DNA of 64,000 nt from Flavobacteriales bacterium (GTDB lineage: Bacteria > Bacteroidota > Bacteroidia > Palsa-965): contig JBEIPA010000020.1 in NCBI GenBank assembly GCA_040377305.1, positions 1-64,000 of the forward strand, given 5' to 3'. A program made the position numbers and the translations under genes. The notes below the pieces were generated by a model. The model saw only the letters and a list, made by a program, of their open reading frames with translations, was not told the origin of the DNA and did not search any database. Positions 39,501 through 48,146 of this stretch are shown piece after piece. Position 1 is the first letter of the stretch. Each line of letters begins with the position of its first letter.

Positions 39501-39683
39501 AATTGCATCCAGAAATGGAAGTGTGGCGATCGGAAGCTTGGTCGGATCTTCATTCAAAGATGCGTTGGCTCTGTAATCACTTTTAATGCGGAACCAGATT
39601 TTTCCGTCCTGGTATTCTGGTGCTTGTGCAAATGAAGTCAATGCGAAACACATCGCAACGATAGCTAGTAGCAGTTTTCTCAT
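36528..39683 (-). CDS. S8 serine peptidase with PKD domains and T9SS-type CTD
   Basis: Start MRKLLL (ATG 39683); IVDD, HGTHV, AAGN, GTSMASP; WSWSFPGG PKD repeats; NSIGQ...GFY CTD. Confidence 0.92.
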   Translation of the reverse strand: MRKLLLAIVAMCFALTSFAQAPEYQDGKIWFRIKSDYRANASLNEDPTKLPIATLPFLDAIAKNHQVTNLSRPFYAAKTSPELLRTYLLEFSDYANVTAIINEMKATGKIDYAEQVPVDRTCLTPNDPSFSSQWHLSVINAAGAWNYFSTGSTIKIAIVDDAVERTHSDISPNLWVNPGEIANNNIDDDGNGYMDDINGYDVGSNDNNPNPPSNAFAHGTHVTGCASPATNNGTGVAGIGFSTKIMAVKATTSSSSITNGYDGIVYAVSAGADVINMSWGGTGSSTTAQNIINWAYNSGCVLVAAAGNNNSSTMFYPAGYTNVIAVAATNSNDTKASFSNYGTWVDISAPGNNIYATYVGNTYANNSGTSMASPIVAGLCGLMLSLNPSLTPADIRQCLTSTATSIATQNPGYPGQLGSGRINANSAMQCISATMNWAPNALFTANVTTVTAGGNVQFTDLSVYNPTTWSWSFPGGTPATHNGQFPPAIVYNTPGTYNVSLTVSNGNGSDVQTNTNYITVTAASGCEIINYPIPAGWTLVNYYAGATVGIDGWINGMNVYLDDEKAMYYDASSSPYNTLVSVYVAYGRAYSANPAKIVAMKIYDGTSGTPGALLGTVNATMGQIMADEAGGYYTEYSFVNNPVTLPASKRFFCSVDVSNLQWQASPSVHDTLSIVSNSNGQTTAPIPIWEKQSNGTWYQYTTAGSWNLAASLVMHPFLTSANTVATFTQTSTTICQGDQITFDATGSTYEDTLLWWFPGSNPGLSNALNPTVTYNTPGTYQAVLYVVGGGCSMFDSAFVNITVNANPTVNVSVTPANTVCTGTQINLTASGASSYLWSPSTFLSSTTSATPTATPTTSITYNVQGTGANGCSANSVVPITVITTPVASLVMSDTFICVNGTITFDGSNSTDATSFSWNFPGGTPSTSTSSAPVITYNSVGTFTAQLIVTNTCGTDTINYTNIGVGCSGVPEMHNEWSAFFNSQQNHIQVNSPVRTQSANVTVVNSIGQVVYTMQVPAGANMFMIDMSNFASGFYSLMIEGEQGYAMKFVKE

Positions 39684-39740
39684 AGGTGTGTATGGTTTTG
39701 TAGGAAAGTGTAATTTCCGAAATCTCCTCGTAATTACCAA

Positions 39741-40086
39741 GTTTTGGACGCCTGCGGCGCTTACCACGGCGAAACGGGGAAACGGCGCGTTTTTCATTGC
39801 GCTAAACCCAACCGGCGGACACGGTGCAAGATAATCAGTGGGCCTTTTTACCGCCAAGTCGCCAAAACGCCAAGGGTATTCGTTGTAATTCACACTTGGG
39901 TAGTGATTAACAACACAAGAAGTTAAGTTCCAATTACCATTGATCTTCACAAGACTTTCCTGGCGTATTGGTGGTTAAATTATTTGGGTCCCCTTCTCCG
40001 TGACTTCCGGTTAGGTTTAGATCAACGCACACAAAGTTTCGCCGTAACTCCGAGTCGCCGTGGTAAGCGTCGCAGACAACCAAAGA
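39741..40086. repeat. second, more diverged REP doublet of the ACCACGG family
   Basis: 39741-39787 is an inverted copy of 36475-36525; 40040-40086 is a direct copy. Confidence 0.75.
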
Positions 40087-40124
40087 ATTATATTAGGTCT
40101 TATCTTAGTTGAAATTATCCATTT

Positions 40125-40703
40125 ATGAATCCAAAAGTTGATTGGTACTTTGTCAAGAACAAACAGTGGTCCGAAGAACTCGACCGTTTACGTGCGATCT
40201 GTCTCAGTTCTAAACTTACCGAAGAGCTGAAATGGGGTTGTCCTGCATACACGCTCGACGGTACAAACGTTGTGTTGATTCATTGTTTCAAAGAATACTG
40301 TGCGCTGTTATTCTTCAAAGGATCTTTGATGAACGATCCGGATGGAATTCTCATTCAGCAAACGAAAAATGTGCAGGTCGCGCGACAACTGCGTTTCACT
40401 AGTGCAGCCGAAATTTCGAAGATGAAAACAATCATCAAAGGTTACATTCAGGAAGCGATCCGTGTGGAGAAGTCGGGAGAGAAAGTCGTTCTCAAAAAGA
40501 CGAAGGAATTTGAAATGCCGGAAGAGTTTGCACTGCGACTCAGCAAGAACGCAACTTTGAAAAAAGCGTTTCATGCATTAACTCCGGGAAGACAACGCGC
40601 CTACCTACTCTACTTTGGATCGGCGAAACAGGAGAAAACGAGATTGGATAGAATTGAAAAGTATTCCAAGCACATACTCAAAGGCAAGGGCCTTGATGAT
40701 TAG
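40125..40703 (+). CDS. YdeI/OmpD-associated family protein (DUF1801 + OmdA)
   Basis: EELKWGCPAY, LLFFKG, LTPGRQRAY, AKQEKTR. Confidence 0.9.
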   Translation: MNPKVDWYFVKNKQWSEELDRLRAICLSSKLTEELKWGCPAYTLDGTNVVLIHCFKEYCALLFFKGSLMNDPDGILIQQTKNVQVARQLRFTSAAEISKMKTIIKGYIQEAIRVEKSGEKVVLKKTKEFEMPEEFALRLSKNATLKKAFHALTPGRQRAYLLYFGSAKQEKTRLDRIEKYSKHILKGKGLDD

Positions 40704-40807
40704 ATGATACGATGATACAATGATTTGATGATCCGAACTGTGCTCAATAACTCAATCGTCACTTGCGAAGCAAGTGCACTTTCCTCCCAAAATGGCGAGT
40801 GATGATA

Positions 40808-40848
40808 ATAACCGTGTGGCTTCAGCCCACGGATGGAAGAACCGCTCG
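40808..40848. repeat. REP of the GGCTTCAGCC family
   Basis: CCGTGTGGCTTCAGCCCACGG hairpin; near reverse complement of 53351-53392. Confidence 0.7.
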
Positions 40849-40867
40849 AACCTAGAAATTGATAATC

Positions 40868-41350
40868 ATGGCAAAGAAAAAATCTCCAGCAAAGAAGGTC
40901 GCAAAAAAAGTAGCGAAGAAAACTACTTCAAAGAAATCTGCTCCTAAGAAAAAAGTGAAACTTCTCTCAGGCGAAAACCCGCAGATTGCTAAAGGCGAAG
41001 GCAACGCTCCTGTGCAGGCGTACATCAAGGCCATTCCCGGATGGAAAAAAGACGTAGCAAAACGTGTGGACGAAATAGTTTCAGAAACAATTCCGGAAGT
41101 AAAGAAAGCTGTGAAATGGAACTCACCTTTTTATGGAGTTGAAAACGGAATTTGGTTCCTGAGCATGCACTGCTTCAATAACTACGTTAAGCTAACCTTC
41201 TTTAAGGGTTCCTATCTCAGCCCAATTCCATCCGGTACATCGAAAGTGAAAGACGTGCGTTACCTGGATATTCGGGAAGGTGAACTGGATGAAAAACAAT
41301 TGGAGAAGTGGGTTTTGCAGGCTGCAGCATTACCGGGAGAAAAACTGTGA
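40868..41350 (+). CDS. DUF1801-domain protein with Lys/Ala-rich N-terminal extension
   Basis: LLSGENPQIAKG, AVKWNSPFYG, YVKLTFFKG; KKVAKK repeats. Confidence 0.85.
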   Translation: MAKKKSPAKKVAKKVAKKTTSKKSAPKKKVKLLSGENPQIAKGEGNAPVQAYIKAIPGWKKDVAKRVDEIVSETIPEVKKAVKWNSPFYGVENGIWFLSMHCFNNYVKLTFFKGSYLSPIPSGTSKVKDVRYLDIREGELDEKQLEKWVLQAAALPGEKL

Positions 41351-42547
41351 TTACTGCTTGATAAACCTTCCGCAATAATTCTGCTTCTCCCCACGAACCA
41401 CAACCGAATACATTCCTTCCGGCAACTGCAGTACATTCAACAACATTTCTTTTCCGTTCACATCTTCGCGCATTACAACGCGACCGGTGATGTCGATCAC
41501 TTCCACTACTCCAATTTCTGCTTTCGGCAATTGAAGTCTGATTATTTCGTTTGAAGGGTTTGGTGAAATACCGATTGTTGTAATTGGAGTTTCCGGTATT
41601 CCAATAGTGCAAGGACCAGTCGCGCAATGAGTCACTGTGCCCGCTTCCGTGCCGATGTTGAGATCCCATCCTCCACCTGTTTGATCACAGATGTCTACTG
41701 TTCCGGTAATCGCTCCTGAATTCAACGTAGAATCAACTACACAAAAATCGCCGCTACCATTCACGTCTTCGCTGTTGAAGAAACTGTTTTGCAGACTTAG
41801 TGTACCGTTGTTCGTGAACGTTGCAGTTCCGTTAATCGTATCGCCGTTGTAAAGTGTTTGTGCAATGAAATAAGAATTGACCGTGAAATTTTCAGCGTTC
41901 CAGATATCACCTGAAACAGAACCTGAAACGTTCAGCGTTACGTTGCCTGTGTTGTAAAAACTTCCGTTACATGTTACCGGACCCATTCCGTTAAATGTTC
42001 CAACGTTCAGGAGATCATCGCTGATGAAACCACCGGATGTGGTGATCGTCCCTGCAGAGAGAAAAGTCGCTGCAGAGATATTTCCAACACTATTCAATGT
42101 ACATGCGGTGTTGATGTAGGTACTGTCACCAACTGCAATCGATCCGTTATTCACTGTCGTAACACCTTGATCAATGAGCATGCTTGATGTAACCGCTAAC
42201 GTCGCGTTGTTCACGAATGAACCTCCGTTGTGAGCCACATATCCCATTGTCATTGTACCATCATTGACAAAATAACCGCCGCTCACTCCAAAAATCCGTG
42301 CGCCTGAATTTCCGGTTACTGTTCCCGACGGACTGATACGAATTCCGCCCATCGTGTACGCGTAGTCGACATCCAATGTAACGTTGTGATTGATGGTGAT
42401 GGAATCTCCATCCATTGGAATACATGTACAACTCCAGGTAAACGGACTTGTTGCATTTCCGTTTGCTACTGATGTGATAACGGTTTGTGCAGCGAGTGAA
42501 GATGCAGTCAGCGTTGCTGCGATGAGGAAAGAGTAGAGGTTTTTCAT
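41351..42547 (-). CDS. secreted beta-rich protein with T9SS CTD
   Basis: Signal peptide; repeated N.G turns (beta-helix-like); ISPNPS...DITGR...GMY CTD. Confidence 0.82.
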   Translation of the reverse strand: MKNLYSFLIAATLTASSLAAQTVITSVANGNATSPFTWSCTCIPMDGDSITINHNVTLDVDYAYTMGGIRISPSGTVTGNSGARIFGVSGGYFVNDGTMTMGYVAHNGGSFVNNATLAVTSSMLIDQGVTTVNNGSIAVGDSTYINTACTLNSVGNISAATFLSAGTITTSGGFISDDLLNVGTFNGMGPVTCNGSFYNTGNVTLNVSGSVSGDIWNAENFTVNSYFIAQTLYNGDTINGTATFTNNGTLSLQNSFFNSEDVNGSGDFCVVDSTLNSGAITGTVDICDQTGGGWDLNIGTEAGTVTHCATGPCTIGIPETPITTIGISPNPSNEIIRLQLPKAEIGVVEVIDITGRVVMREDVNGKEMLLNVLQLPEGMYSVVVRGEKQNYCGRFIKQ

Positions 42548-42614
42548 GAGTCTAATTTACACCAAAAACATCAATCTTCACTCGCGCAGCGAGTGCACTG
42601 TCCCCCAATTCGAC

Positions 42615-42765
42615 GTCAGTGCGAGACCGGACGCTTGCGGGAGGTCGAAGCAATCCCATGTAGAAAGCAACATGACTTTTCTGCTGTCTTCGTGGGATTG
42701 CTTCGTCGCTGATTGTCGCGCCAACTAAAGTTGCACTCGCAATGACAGCTCCTCGCAATGACGTA
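42615..42765. repeat. REP-like palindrome (GAAGCAATCCC...GGGATTGCTTCG...CTCGCAATGAC type)
   Basis: CGAAGCAATCCCA/TGGGATTGCTTCG IR and duplicated CTCGCAATGAC. Confidence 0.75.
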
Positions 42766-42807
42766 GCGCAGGGGCATTATGCGCTCGCTACGCTCGCGAA
42801 CGTTGTT

Positions 42808-43884
42808 CTAGTACCAAAGAAAACTATTCGGTATCACACCAACCGTATCCACATCGGTCTGCACTCCCAACGCATTAAAACGATACAACAACCCCGACTG
42901 CACATAATCCAATGCATCGCCGGCGAAGAAGTTGTTCGAGTTGCCCATGATACCGATTGTATACCATGCGTGACCGGTTCCGGAAATGAATGGCGCAGCT
43001 GGCAATGTGAGATCGTTAATTGACAGGCGATAGATGTTGAAGTTCACATAGTACAAGGAATCCCCTGTTGCATTCGCAGTAAGGTGTGTTGCGAAATCGA
43101 ATGAGGTCATTGGCATGGACGCTTCGACAATATTACCGAGTGGATTCACACGGAACAATCCGCCTGGAGCTGAAGTTGCCCAGTAACCGTAAGCAAGCAC
43201 CCACACTTTTCCATTTGCATCAACAATCATACTGTTTCCACCGGGCGCAATGACCATTGACGAATCGATGATTGTAGGATTCTGCGCGTCGATCGTGTAC
43301 AACTTGTCTGATTCCTGACTGGTGATGAGTACTTCGCCCTGCGTGAGGAGCATTGCTTCTGTTGTTACTCCAACGCTGAGGTAACCGGAAATTGTTCTGG
43401 TGTTCAGATCAATCACCGCAATCTGATCAGTATACATCTGTGTCACCCACGCCGTGTTCGCATCAATCTGCACAATGTTGCGTGGACCTGCGAAACCGGT
43501 AATGGTGCCAATCACTTTCAGATCATGCGGATTCATAACCACAATTTTATTCGAGTTGTTGATCACAGCGTAGATGCGACCGTTAATCAATGTCATGCTT
43601 TGTGCAACATCGCCAAGCGGAACTCCATTCGCCAGCAGAAAAAGATTGTTGAACGATGATCCGGTGCTGATTCCGTTCATAGCGTAGTAGCTCACCGATG
43701 AATTTCCAGCAGTGAATCCACCTTCATTCAGTATGAAGAAACCTTCTCCGGACGTGAATGTGCGCGAAGAGCCTCCCGTTCCCGGGTTTGGTGTATCACG
43801 ATCGCATGACGTGAGAAAAGTAAGACATACAAGTGCGGCAAGCGAAAGTGTTTTGATTGGGTGTATCATATTCATAATGTTCAT
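42808..43884 (-). CDS. btuG: BtuG-like surface lipoprotein (YncE-type beta-propeller, cobalamin binding)
   Basis: Lipobox LTSC; LNEGGF, LGDVAQSM, NNSNKI, DALDYVQSG, VGVIP; downstream of btuB. Confidence 0.85.
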   Translation of the reverse strand: MNIMNMIHPIKTLSLAALVCLTFLTSCDRDTPNPGTGGSSRTFTSGEGFFILNEGGFTAGNSSVSYYAMNGISTGSSFNNLFLLANGVPLGDVAQSMTLINGRIYAVINNSNKIVVMNPHDLKVIGTITGFAGPRNIVQIDANTAWVTQMYTDQIAVIDLNTRTISGYLSVGVTTEAMLLTQGEVLITSQESDKLYTIDAQNPTIIDSSMVIAPGGNSMIVDANGKVWVLAYGYWATSAPGGLFRVNPLGNIVEASMPMTSFDFATHLTANATGDSLYYVNFNIYRLSINDLTLPAAPFISGTGHAWYTIGIMGNSNNFFAGDALDYVQSGLLYRFNALGVQTDVDTVGVIPNSFLWY

Positions 43885-43891
43885 GGGTGAA

Positions 43892-45910
43892 TTAGAAATT
43901 ATTCTTTTCGGGTAATTGTTTTGCGAAGTCAATCGTGAGTCCAAGCGTGAACGCACGTCCGGGCATTGGACGCCACGCAACAGATTGGTATTCTACATTG
44001 CCAATGTTGTTGCAACGCACAAATAAATTAATCTCGTAAAATTTCGGATACGCTTTCTTGCGATAACACCAGCCAATAGCCGCATTGCCGATTGAATATG
44101 CAGGAAGCCATTCGAGATGGTCACGTGTCGTGAATCGAAGATCGTTGTACTGTTGAGAATATGTTGCGAAGAAACTCTTCCACTCTACTGTGAACGATGC
44201 ACCACCGAACCACGCGGGAACGTAAATGAGTTGTTTGCCCAAAGCAACATCATTCGGATTGTCCGTCTTCTCGTACGTCGACCGAACATAGTCGGCATTC
44301 GCGGTGAAAATGATACGCGTTTGATTTGTGAATGTTCTAGCTACACGCAGACGATGCTCAATTCCTCTGCTCCACACGGCGGCAACATTCACCGGACTCC
44401 AATACGAAGCATGAGGAACCCACGTAATCATGTTGACCACGTTACGATTGTAAACCGTTGCACTGTAATTAATTTTCCAGGGATTCTTATTGAAGCTCAA
44501 CGCCGCAGTCAGTTCTTCTGTCCATCCTGTTTCTGCTTTCAGGTCGCGATTTCCTCCCGGTGCCCAATACAAATCGTTGAACGTTGGAACACGATAGTTG
44601 TGCGACACACAAGCTTTGAGATTTAACCAGGTTTTCAAGAACAACGAATACCAAATGCTTCCAACCGGTTCCACAGGTTTACCATCAATAATTTCTTCGC
44701 GAAGCATGATGCTGAATTCATCGTACTCTCGTAAAAACTTGTTGTATGACACATACACACCGGCACGTATCTGCTCGTGATGAACAATGAACTCCGTAAC
44801 CTCTGAAGAAGCCCAGTTACCCGTTATTCCCGCACCAACAAATGACTGGTTGGATAGTTTATTCCTCCGATAACCGAGATATTTTTTCACGCTCGCTTCA
44901 GAAATAACGGTCCACGCATTTGTATTGCTGATTGGCGTGCTGAATCCTGCGTCCCACAACAAGCCTTCGTGAATTACAGCGGTGTGTGCATTGACAAACC
45001 ATCCGTCGCGATTATAACTCCACTGTGCAACTGAACGCATTGCATAATCGCGCTGCACGGCTTCGTTAGAAGTTTGCAACATGGTTGGTGCAATTTCACG
45101 ACTGGTTTCCTGTACCCACATGCGCACGGAGAAACTGTGATACATGCTCGGAGTCCAGGAAGCGCTTGTCATGAATCCCTGCTGAAATGTAGCGGCGTGC
45201 TTAAGTGTGTCGAGCGGATGTGTATTCGATCCCGGACTCGTTAGCACAGCGAAATTCGTGAACGTATAGTTGTTCTCTGCCGTTTGACGATACACGCGCA
45301 GATCGAAATCCCATCTCTTAGTGCCGTATCCGATTTGAACTCCATTCAATAATGTGCTGAAGCTTCCATACTCGTTCACTGTGCGCGCGCGGAAGTACGG
45401 ACGCGCTAATCGTGTTCCGTCAAGTATAGTTGGAGTTGTCCACGAGTTCACGCGAATCACACCACCAATTGCACCATTTCCCCAGGAAGCAGAAGAACTG
45501 CCGGGCTCAACAGAAACGCCGTCGAACAGAAAAACAGGAATGAGTGAAAGATCAACGGTATTGTTGTTGATGTTCTGGAGATTGACTCCATTCCACAACA
45601 CCGGAGTTTGCATGGAGTTTGCACCACGTATCGCAACTGTTGAGAGGGCACCCGGTCCTACTGACTTCAACGCAACAGTTCCATTGCCAAGCAAATCAGA
45701 AAGAGTTCCTGCTGGATATATTCTTGCGAGTGTTGAATCCGTTACATCTCGTCGCGTTCCGTTCTGAATAATGCGAACGGTTTGAACAATATCGACAGAA
45801 GACATTTCGTGATGAAACGCAACTGTATCGATACGATGCAATAATGAGTCCTGCGCACTAAGCACAACACAGAACAGACAGAATAATACTGTTGCGACCT
45901 TTTTCATCAC
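43892..45910 (-). CDS. btuB: TonB-dependent cobalamin receptor
   Basis: Plug motifs IRGA..QT.VLWNG and GAIGGVI; PTFNDLYW, NRDLKAE, RPMPGR; under a cobalamin riboswitch. Confidence 0.88.
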   Translation of the reverse strand: MMKKVATVLFCLFCVVLSAQDSLLHRIDTVAFHHEMSSVDIVQTVRIIQNGTRRDVTDSTLARIYPAGTLSDLLGNGTVALKSVGPGALSTVAIRGANSMQTPVLWNGVNLQNINNNTVDLSLIPVFLFDGVSVEPGSSSASWGNGAIGGVIRVNSWTTPTILDGTRLARPYFRARTVNEYGSFSTLLNGVQIGYGTKRWDFDLRVYRQTAENNYTFTNFAVLTSPGSNTHPLDTLKHAATFQQGFMTSASWTPSMYHSFSVRMWVQETSREIAPTMLQTSNEAVQRDYAMRSVAQWSYNRDGWFVNAHTAVIHEGLLWDAGFSTPISNTNAWTVISEASVKKYLGYRRNKLSNQSFVGAGITGNWASSEVTEFIVHHEQIRAGVYVSYNKFLREYDEFSIMLREEIIDGKPVEPVGSIWYSLFLKTWLNLKACVSHNYRVPTFNDLYWAPGGNRDLKAETGWTEELTAALSFNKNPWKINYSATVYNRNVVNMITWVPHASYWSPVNVAAVWSRGIEHRLRVARTFTNQTRIIFTANADYVRSTYEKTDNPNDVALGKQLIYVPAWFGGASFTVEWKSFFATYSQQYNDLRFTTRDHLEWLPAYSIGNAAIGWCYRKKAYPKFYEINLFVRCNNIGNVEYQSVAWRPMPGRAFTLGLTIDFAKQLPEKNNF

Positions 45911-45952
45911 TGCATCTGATCTCTTCCCGGATCAGCATATTAGTTATATGTG

Positions 45953-46136
45953 CAGTGGCAGGTCTTCTGACTTGTCCGGTTTTTGGCGCCTTCCCGTCAG
46001 CCGAGGCAAACAGTGGCATTTAGAGGCCAAAACTTCATCCCGTATTACCGGGGGACTTACAGCAGCGGGAACTGTTCCTGAGTTTCACAGGATTCCCTTT
46101 TCATTCCGATTGCAGCCAAGCGTTCGGAAACCAATG
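45953..46136 (-). ncRNA. cobalamin (AdoCbl) riboswitch
   Basis: On - strand: GGTTTCCG...AAAAGGGAATCCTGTGAAACTCAGGAACAGTTCCCGCTGCTGTAA...GCCACTG...GGGAAGGC...AAGTCAGAAGACCTGCC; TACATTTG -7 element at 46142-46149. Confidence 0.95.
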
Positions 46137-46205
46137 CGCAGCAAATGTAGGAAAAAGTCTGAGATGAGAAATCGTGACTCTTATTGGCAGGCAGATGTCG
46201 GCTTC

Positions 46206-46418
46206 ATGTAGTGCCCCTACAGGGCACGGTGGCTCACGGGTGTCTGTGGCTTATGCATGTTTGGCTGCGCTGCAGCCGGGTGTAGAGAAAATACACCCGG
46301 CTGCTTTTGATCAAATGCATTACAATACTTAGAGCACTCGGCTGCAGAGCAGCCAAACATGCATTGCTTTAGCAATGCCCTCCCCCCTTTTCCTTTTGTG
46401 TCCCGTAGGGGCAACAAC
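46206..46418. repeat. left REPIN-like nested palindrome flanking tnpA
   Basis: GTGCCCCTACAGGGCAC terminal hairpin; 26-bp IR 46253-46278/46339-46364 with 1 mismatch; inner CAGCCGGGTGT/ACACCCGGCTG hairpin. Confidence 0.88.
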
Positions 46419-46554
46419 AACAAACACCGCTCTGCATTTTCATTCGCCGACCCAAACTTTTTTGAACTTAAACGTTTGTAAACGGCTTAAGTTATTTTCA
46501 TGTTTTATGTTTGCAACATATCAATAATGTTTTATCATTTAATCTTAAATTTTT

Positions 46555-47016
46555 ATGGCTAACACTTATTCAAAAATTTACCAGCACGTAGTTTTCGCCG
46601 TGCGCAATCGTCAGGCTCTTATCACAGAGAAATTCGAAACTCCGATGTATGAATACATGAGCGGCATCGTAACTAATCAAGGACAAAAACTTCTGATTGG
46701 AAACGGTCATCACGACCATGTGCATTTGCTAATGACTTGCAAACCTACCTGTTGTCTTGATCAGGTAGTTCGTGAAGTAAAAGAACACACAACGAAGTTC
46801 ATCAATCAGAATCGTTTGGTACCCGGAAAATTTCAATGGCAAAATGGTTACGGTGCATTTTCCGTAGGGCATCAGAATCTTGATATGATCTTCAACTATA
46901 TCCGAAAGCAAAAAGAGCATCACACCACTGTAAAATTCCGGGAAGAGTATTTGCAGCTACTGAAAGATGCGGCAGTGGAATACGATGAGAAGTACATCTT
47001 TGACGAACTCGTCTAA
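46555..47016 (+). mobile_element. tnpA: IS200/IS605-superfamily Y1 HUH transposase, probably REP-associated (RAYT)
   Basis: HVVFAV, DHVH (HUH), WQ.GYGAFSV and YI..QKEHH (Y1); no tnpB; flanked by REPINs. Confidence 0.9.
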
Positions 47017-47051
47017 CAAAACCTGACTTGGGCTGCGCAGATCGTGGTTTC

Positions 47052-47313
47052 ATGTTGTGCCCTTACAGGGCACGTGGCTCGCGTACATTCGTGGCTTATG
47101 CATGTGTGGCTGCGCTGCAGCCGGGTGTGGTAGAAATACACCCGGCTGCTTTTATATAATGCATAATCAAACTCCGACTATGGCTGTGCGGATCTCGCCT
47201 GCATGTTTGGACGCATTAATAAACTGCATTTGAAATGAAAAAGGCTGCAGAGCAGCCAAACATGCATTGCGATAGCAATGCCCAATTAATAGTGCCCTGT
47301 AGGGGCACAACAT
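47052..47313. repeat. right REPIN-like nested palindrome flanking tnpA
   Basis: 22-bp terminal IR 47052-47073/47292-47313 with 1 mismatch; same internal modules as the left element, direct orientation. Confidence 0.9.
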
Positions 47314-47317
47314 AAAA

Positions 47318-48145
47318 TCAGGTAGTCTTGTAGAGATACCATCCATTCCCCAACGGCCGTATCAAAATAAAATACCCCGCTGTCACCGCGGGAATTTTTG
47401 TTGGGTCGGGTTGATACATGTAGCCAACAGAATTGTCGAGTACACCGCCCACATGATACAACACTGTTCCTTGAGCTTTGGGGTCAAGAAGAACATCACG
47501 CAGCAAAAGTTTATTCATCACTTTGCGCATTTTCTTATCGATGTTCAGACTGATCTTGAGCGTGTCGCTTGCTTTCAATGGAAAATTCTTTGCACGCATT
47601 TTCTCCAGCTTCAGAAAGGCTTCCTTGTTGTCGTAAAAATGCTGTGCGAGTAAAGTATCTGACTTTCCCCACAGCACTGTGTTGTCATAATCGAACTGCC
47701 AGGTGTGATTGGAAATGTTGGCGTATGGCTTTCCTCGTTGCTTTGTAGGCACACTATCCAAACGCTTCAACTCGGCTTTGGCAAAGTCTTTCATCACCAG
47801 TGAACGCACGGCATAAACTGTCCATACCGTTCGATGTTGCAAATAGAAATACACATCCATTGAAGTCGTTGAATCGTGCAGCCAAACGGTAATAACCGCA
47901 CGCGCCGAGTCCTCATACAACAAGGTGAACTCCCGCTTCACAGACACGGCCAATTGTTCTCCCAACGTTTTCGGCGCTCCCCACTCGTGATACATTTCAC
48001 AGCAGAAGTGACGCATCTTCTCCGGGAAACCCTGCGGCGACAAATACTTCTCGATCACACGCATGGGCGAAAGCGTATCACCTGCGTTTTGTGCATTCAC
48101 TGAAATCGTGAACATCAAAAGAAAAATGGAGAGAAGTTTTTTCAT
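47318..48145 (-). CDS. secreted hypothetical protein
   Basis: Signal peptide from MKKLLSIF (ATG 48145); C-terminal GG.LDNSVGYMY...IRPLGNGWYLYKTT. Confidence 0.75.
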   Translation of the reverse strand: MKKLLSIFLLMFTISVNAQNAGDTLSPMRVIEKYLSPQGFPEKMRHFCCEMYHEWGAPKTLGEQLAVSVKREFTLLYEDSARAVITVWLHDSTTSMDVYFYLQHRTVWTVYAVRSLVMKDFAKAELKRLDSVPTKQRGKPYANISNHTWQFDYDNTVLWGKSDTLLAQHFYDNKEAFLKLEKMRAKNFPLKASDTLKISLNIDKKMRKVMNKLLLRDVLLDPKAQGTVLYHVGGVLDNSVGYMYQPDPTKIPAVTAGYFILIRPLGNGWYLYKTT

Positions 48146-48146
48146 T

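Noticed and set aside
39684-39950. N-terminal extension of the second S8 peptidase
   Set aside because: It runs through a REP; the signal peptide begins at ATG 39683.
42546-42800. Short ORFs at 42546, 42552 and 42742
   Set aside because: They are translations of a palindromic repeat.
45948-46423. ORFs 45948-46211 and 46217-46423
   Set aside because: They overlap the cobalamin riboswitch (antisense) and the left REPIN.
46555-47016. IS605/TnpB or IscB RNA-guided element
   Set aside because: No tnpB or iscB ORF on either side; flanks are REPIN-like.
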